This document shows, piece by piece, positions 62,030 through 64,000 of a DNA stretch of 64,000 bases. How positions within the stretch are numbered: the stretch's first letter is position 1; the number at the start of each line of letters is the position of its first letter. Source of the stretch: Octopus sinensis (taxonomy: Eukaryota); contig NC_043013.1 of NCBI RefSeq assembly GCF_006345805.1, positions 23,870,001 to 23,934,000 on the forward strand, in the 5' to 3' direction. The notes beneath the pieces are model-generated. The model searched no databases, had not been told where the DNA came from, and saw only the letters and a program-made list of their open reading frames with translations. The translations under genes and the position numbers were made by a program.

Positions 62030-64000
62030 CTAGCCAAATTGACTACATCCTCGCCAGAAAAAGGGAAAGATGGCTGCTTATAAATGCCAAAACCTTCCCA
62101 GGCAAAGAATGTACCCCACAACATAAACTTGTAGTTAGTGACTTTAGGATCAGGGCTAAGTGGACGCCCAGAAGACGACCAGCATGGAGGAGAAGAGTCT
62201 GGAAGCTTAAAGATCCCACTAATGGACAGAGATTCAGACATATTACTCAAAGCCTTTGACGAAATAGAAGGGGATATAGCTTCACACGGTGTAGAAGACA
62301 ACTAGAGGTTTCTATGGGACAACCTACTGAGGGCCACTGACCAGATCTGTGGATGGTGCAAAGTCCCCTCTCTATCCAAGATAACGTGGTTGTTGAACAA
62401 TGTTGTAGACAGGGCTATTAGACAAAAGAAACAGGCTTGGAAGGACTGGAAGAACGGTGGTAGCTGGGGACTGTATCAGACTGCCAGAAGGGAAGCTAGG
62501 AGACAGGTTTATTTAGCCAGAAGGGAAGCAGATAAGAAAAAATTTGCCAATGTTCTGCGCCGTGAGAACCAAAGACTTGAAGTATTTCGTGTTGAAAGAC
62601 AATGTGTTAGAGAGAATCATGATGTTGTAGGAGAGAAATGTGTCTGCATGGATGATGGTTCACTTCCACTAAATGAGGCTGCAAAGAGAGAAGTTTGGAG
62701 ACGCCACTATGAAAGGTTGCTGAATAAAGAAAATGAATGGGAGAAAGAGAGTCTGCCAATTGTCGACCCAACAGAGGGACCAGCTATCTGAGTTGACAGT
62801 ACCTTGCTAGATAAAGCAACTAAGAGTATGAAGACAGGAATTACTGCAGAGATGCTCAAAATATCTGGCAACAGGTACAGTGAAAAATTCCTCGTAGAGG
62901 TAGGTGTCCACCAAGGTTCAGTCCTCAGTGCCCTCCTATTTATCATAATCCTCCTGGCAATAATGGAGGAATTCAAGACAGGATGCCCCTGGGAGTTCCT
63001 CTATGCAGATGACCTTGCTCTAATTGCTGAGTCACAATCAGGACTAGAGAAGTTTCAAGTGTGGAAACAAGGATTAGAATCGAATGGCCTTAGAATCAAC
63101 CTAGCTAAAACCAAAGTCCTAATAAGTAGGAAGACAAGCAAACCACAAATCCCTTCAGGTAGAATAAGAATAGCCTGGGCAAAGTTCAGAGAGCTCTTAT
63201 CTCTGCCGGTGACAAAGGGCCTCTTGCTCAGAGTAAAAGGTAGACTGTATGACTCATGTGTACAAACAGCCATGCTACATGGCAGTGAAACATGGGCCAT
63301 GACTGCTGAGGACATGCATAAGCTCACAAGGAATGAAGCCAGTATACGCCGATGGATGTGTAATGTCAGTGTGCATACTCGACAGAGTGTAAGTACCTTG
63401 AGAGAAAAGTTGGACTTAAGAAGCATCAGATGTGGTGTGCAAGAGAGACGATTGCACTGGTATGGCCATGTGGTGAGAATGAATGTGGATAGGTGTGTGA
63501 AAAAGTGCCACACCCTAGCGGTTGACGGAACCTGTGGAAGAGGTAGACCCAGGAGGACCTGGGATGAGGTGGTGAAGCATAACCTTCAAGCATTGGGCCT
63601 CACCGAGGTAATGACTAGTGACCGAGACCTTTGGAAATATGCTGTGCTTGAGAAGACTCAGCAAGCCAAGTGAGACTATAACCTTGTGGCCTGTGCCAGG
63701 GGTGTAACCAGCCCACTTATGCATACCTTTCCTTCATTGGACACTAAACTCTGCTTGCAAAGACCTGTTGAGGCAAGTGAAATCGAAATCAAATTCGATG
63801 ACTGGCATTTGTGCTAGTGGATTGCTAAGAGTACTATACGTGCGTGATCGTTGCCAGAGCAACAAGCTAGCCTCTGTGCCAATGGCATGTAAAAAGCACC
63901 ATTCAAGTGTGATCATTACCTGCGTCGCCTTACTGACACTTGTGCTGATGGCATGTGAAAAAACATTCGAGTGAGGTTGTTGCCAGTGCTGCTGGTCTGG
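62030..64000 (+). mobile_element. 5'-truncated, internally deleted RTE LINE running off the window end
   Basis: APE endonuclease end (SQIDYIL, QHKLVV), RT motifs VGVHQGSVLSALLF and LYADDL, C-terminus RRLHWYGHV and GRGRPRRTW, stop at 63673, then 3' UTR subrepeats. Confidence 0.95.

Noticed and set aside
29794-64000. Next AGAP exon (expected GRFKKE...LLLIRDEG-like)
   Set aside because: Not found by eye in the remaining 34 kb; it probably lies beyond the window, though a diverged exon could have been missed.

Overview
AT-rich eukaryotic DNA. The repeat families (RTE tails ending in (GAT)n, tRNA-derived SINEs, TTAA MITEs, abundant (TA)n/(CA)n) point to an octopus or other coleoid cephalopod genome; this is inferred from recognising the repeats. 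The window appears to lie inside one large + strand gene, an AGAP/centaurin-gamma (AGAP1/3, CenG1A-like) homologue. Only two coding exons are present: 20165-20223 (DSFVNSQEWTLSRAVPDLKL) and 29706-29793 ([29 protein letters not shown], the P-loop of the GTPase-like domain). The six-frame ORF track misses both. The rest is intron filled with transposable elements: a solo LTR with 4-bp TSD and an antisense-facing promoter-like array, two non-autonomous Helitrons sharing a 3' end, piggyBac-type MITEs (one with a CTAA target, one nested in a hAT TSD), a Buster-type hAT with 8-bp TSD, DD37D maT and mariner fossils, a Chapaev3-like fossil, RTE, R4/Dong-like, Tx1-like and Penelope-like fragments, SINEs, fold-back hairpins and microsatellites. 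Nearly all listed ORFs are TE fragments or microsatellite artefacts. I found no clearly novel multi-gene system. The best leads are a frame-closed 147-nt exon pair flanked by inverted repeats (circRNA/editing candidate), a PHD-finger-like insert in the RTE ORF, an RTE copy with three in-frame deletions, and the solo-LTR promoter.
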